This document shows, in pieces, positions 62,453-64,000 of a stretch of DNA of 64,000 nt; within the stretch, counting starts at the first letter, position 1, and each line of letters begins with the position of its first letter. The position numbers and the translations under genes are program-made. The notes beneath the pieces were generated by a model, which saw only the letters and a program-made list of their open reading frames with translations, was not told the DNA's origin and did no database searches. This stretch comes from Camelus ferus (taxonomy: Eukaryota), in assembly GCF_009834535.1 (NCBI RefSeq), contig NC_045697.1, forward strand, positions 71,488,001 to 71,552,000. Direction: 5' to 3'.

Positions 62453-64000
62453 CCTGATTTTTTTTCTATCAATACTAGGTAAGATCTTTGACTCATGTAA
62501 ATCTGACTTAGCAATCCAATACTTTGTGTGAGCCCAAATATTAATCTTAATCTGTGGCCAGACATGTTATTTCTTTTCCTCATTAATTAGGTAAACAAGT
62601 TAGACAAAAGGCTCTACTGTCACGTTTTTCTTTCCAGTGGAGTTTGTATACCTTATATTAAAAAGGAAATTGCAGTCAATTAAAATGTGCAACAATAAAT
62701 AGTTAAGTCTGGCTCCAGAATTTAAGCAGAGCCCAGCCTCAGGAGATGTGAAGAATCAGACAGTAACAACTGAGGATATAACTGTGGACAAGGTAGAACT
62801 TCACAACACCAAATCTACCAAGAGGTTGAGGATAGAGAGCTCTTCAGAGCTCATACAAAAAAAGAAAAGGCATGTGAGTCTAGGAGGCAAATTCAATCTT
62901 GTTAGTATCACAACTGGGCTTCTGAAAGACTGACTGTTATTGGTTGTGTTTATTTTCCTTTGGCAATCCCTTGGAGTTTATAGAGCTACTTAAAATATTC
63001 CAGAATATTTCAGAGGTGCCGAAGATGAGTTTATTCACACTTAAACTGGAGATGTGTAGGGACTCCAGCTAATGGGACAGCAAAACTCACAGTGAGAACA
63101 CTATTCAGAAATATAATCAAATTAGGTTACTCTACTAGTGAGCACACAGTAGACACATTTGGTTGAGATTTATTGCGGGAATGTTATCAGAAAGAGTAAG
63201 TTGAACATTACCAGAAAAAGTGAGTTCTCAGGCCAGTTTTTAAAGAGGTATGTGTATTACTAAAGGGGAAGGGAATATTCAAGGGCCTTGAGGCATCATG
63301 AATGTGATGAAAGTCCACTTCATTGCCTCTAAGATGTAATCCCCACTGTTAAGACACATTGTAGCCTAGATACCATGATGTATTTTTCAATGTAGAGCTG
63401 AATTTTATTTTTTAATTAATAATACATGGCAGCAGTGTCTGGGAGCTAATCTATTATTTACATTATCTCTTTCCAAGAGTCATTCATGCATTATATACAG
63501 ACAAAAAATTCCTTTTATTTTATCTGAAGTTAGTTTCCAATGGAAAATATATTTCAATGGAAAATATGTTATATACCCTGCAAGGGAAAATAGGTATGCT
63601 GAAATTCACAATTCTCCCTGATAAATGCACACCCTGCAGATGGTTGACAGCAATTAAATGGCCAAGACTGAACTTTCACAAAGGCTTTTATTTAATGTTA
63701 AAGATTTTTATTTAAAGATAAGAGGCTGTTCCATGTGTCAGTTGAGAGCGAGAAACAATAATTAAATTGAGGAAGAATGAAAACCGATTTTTTAAAAATT
63801 TATAACCCTACTTTATTTGTGTACTTTTCCAGTGAAAATTAATATGATTATCCAAAGACTGAGCACTTGTAAAAAATGTTTTAACAAGACGTTCTATAAA
63901 AGCCCAATTCCAATTGTGTTTACTAGCACTTAAAATGTGAAATACCTCACCCAATTTTGTCAATACACAAAGAAAGCATCTGCCAGGCTCTTCAATAACT

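Noticed and set aside
1..64000. The short ORFs in the six-frame track as genes
   Set aside because: All are 133 aa or less, many start at TTG/GTG, and most overlap decayed repeats or microsatellites. Only L1 ORF2 remnants are recognisable.
1..64000. CRISPR array, operon or prokaryotic defence system
   Set aside because: No regularly spaced direct repeats and no dense coding; the sequence is mammalian.

Overview
This is AT-rich placental-mammal genomic DNA, most likely from a camelid (alpaca, llama or camel), judged from two tRNA-derived Vic-1-type SINEs with intact target-site duplications (TSDs). A large part of the window is interspersed repeat: old L1MC/L1MD/L1ME and younger L1s, L2, MIR, MaLR/ERVL LTRs, and DNA-transposon relics (MER20, MER104, Tigger3, MARNA). 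Microsatellites and several repeat-free blocks fill the rest. I recognise no protein-coding gene, structural RNA gene or CRISPR array. The only recognisable ORFs in the track are decayed LINE-1 ORF2 pieces, so the window is probably intronic or intergenic. I find no convincing new biological system. The best leads are: atypical retrotransposon junctions (an L1 deletion filled by a copy of its flank, a tail-less internal L1 insert, an internally inverted L2, a possible L1 3' transduction); a CpG-retaining, E-box-bearing block near 47-48 kb; and a few candidate non-coding exons. Repeat family names come from my recollection of consensus sequences. Boundaries are approximate unless a TSD is quoted.
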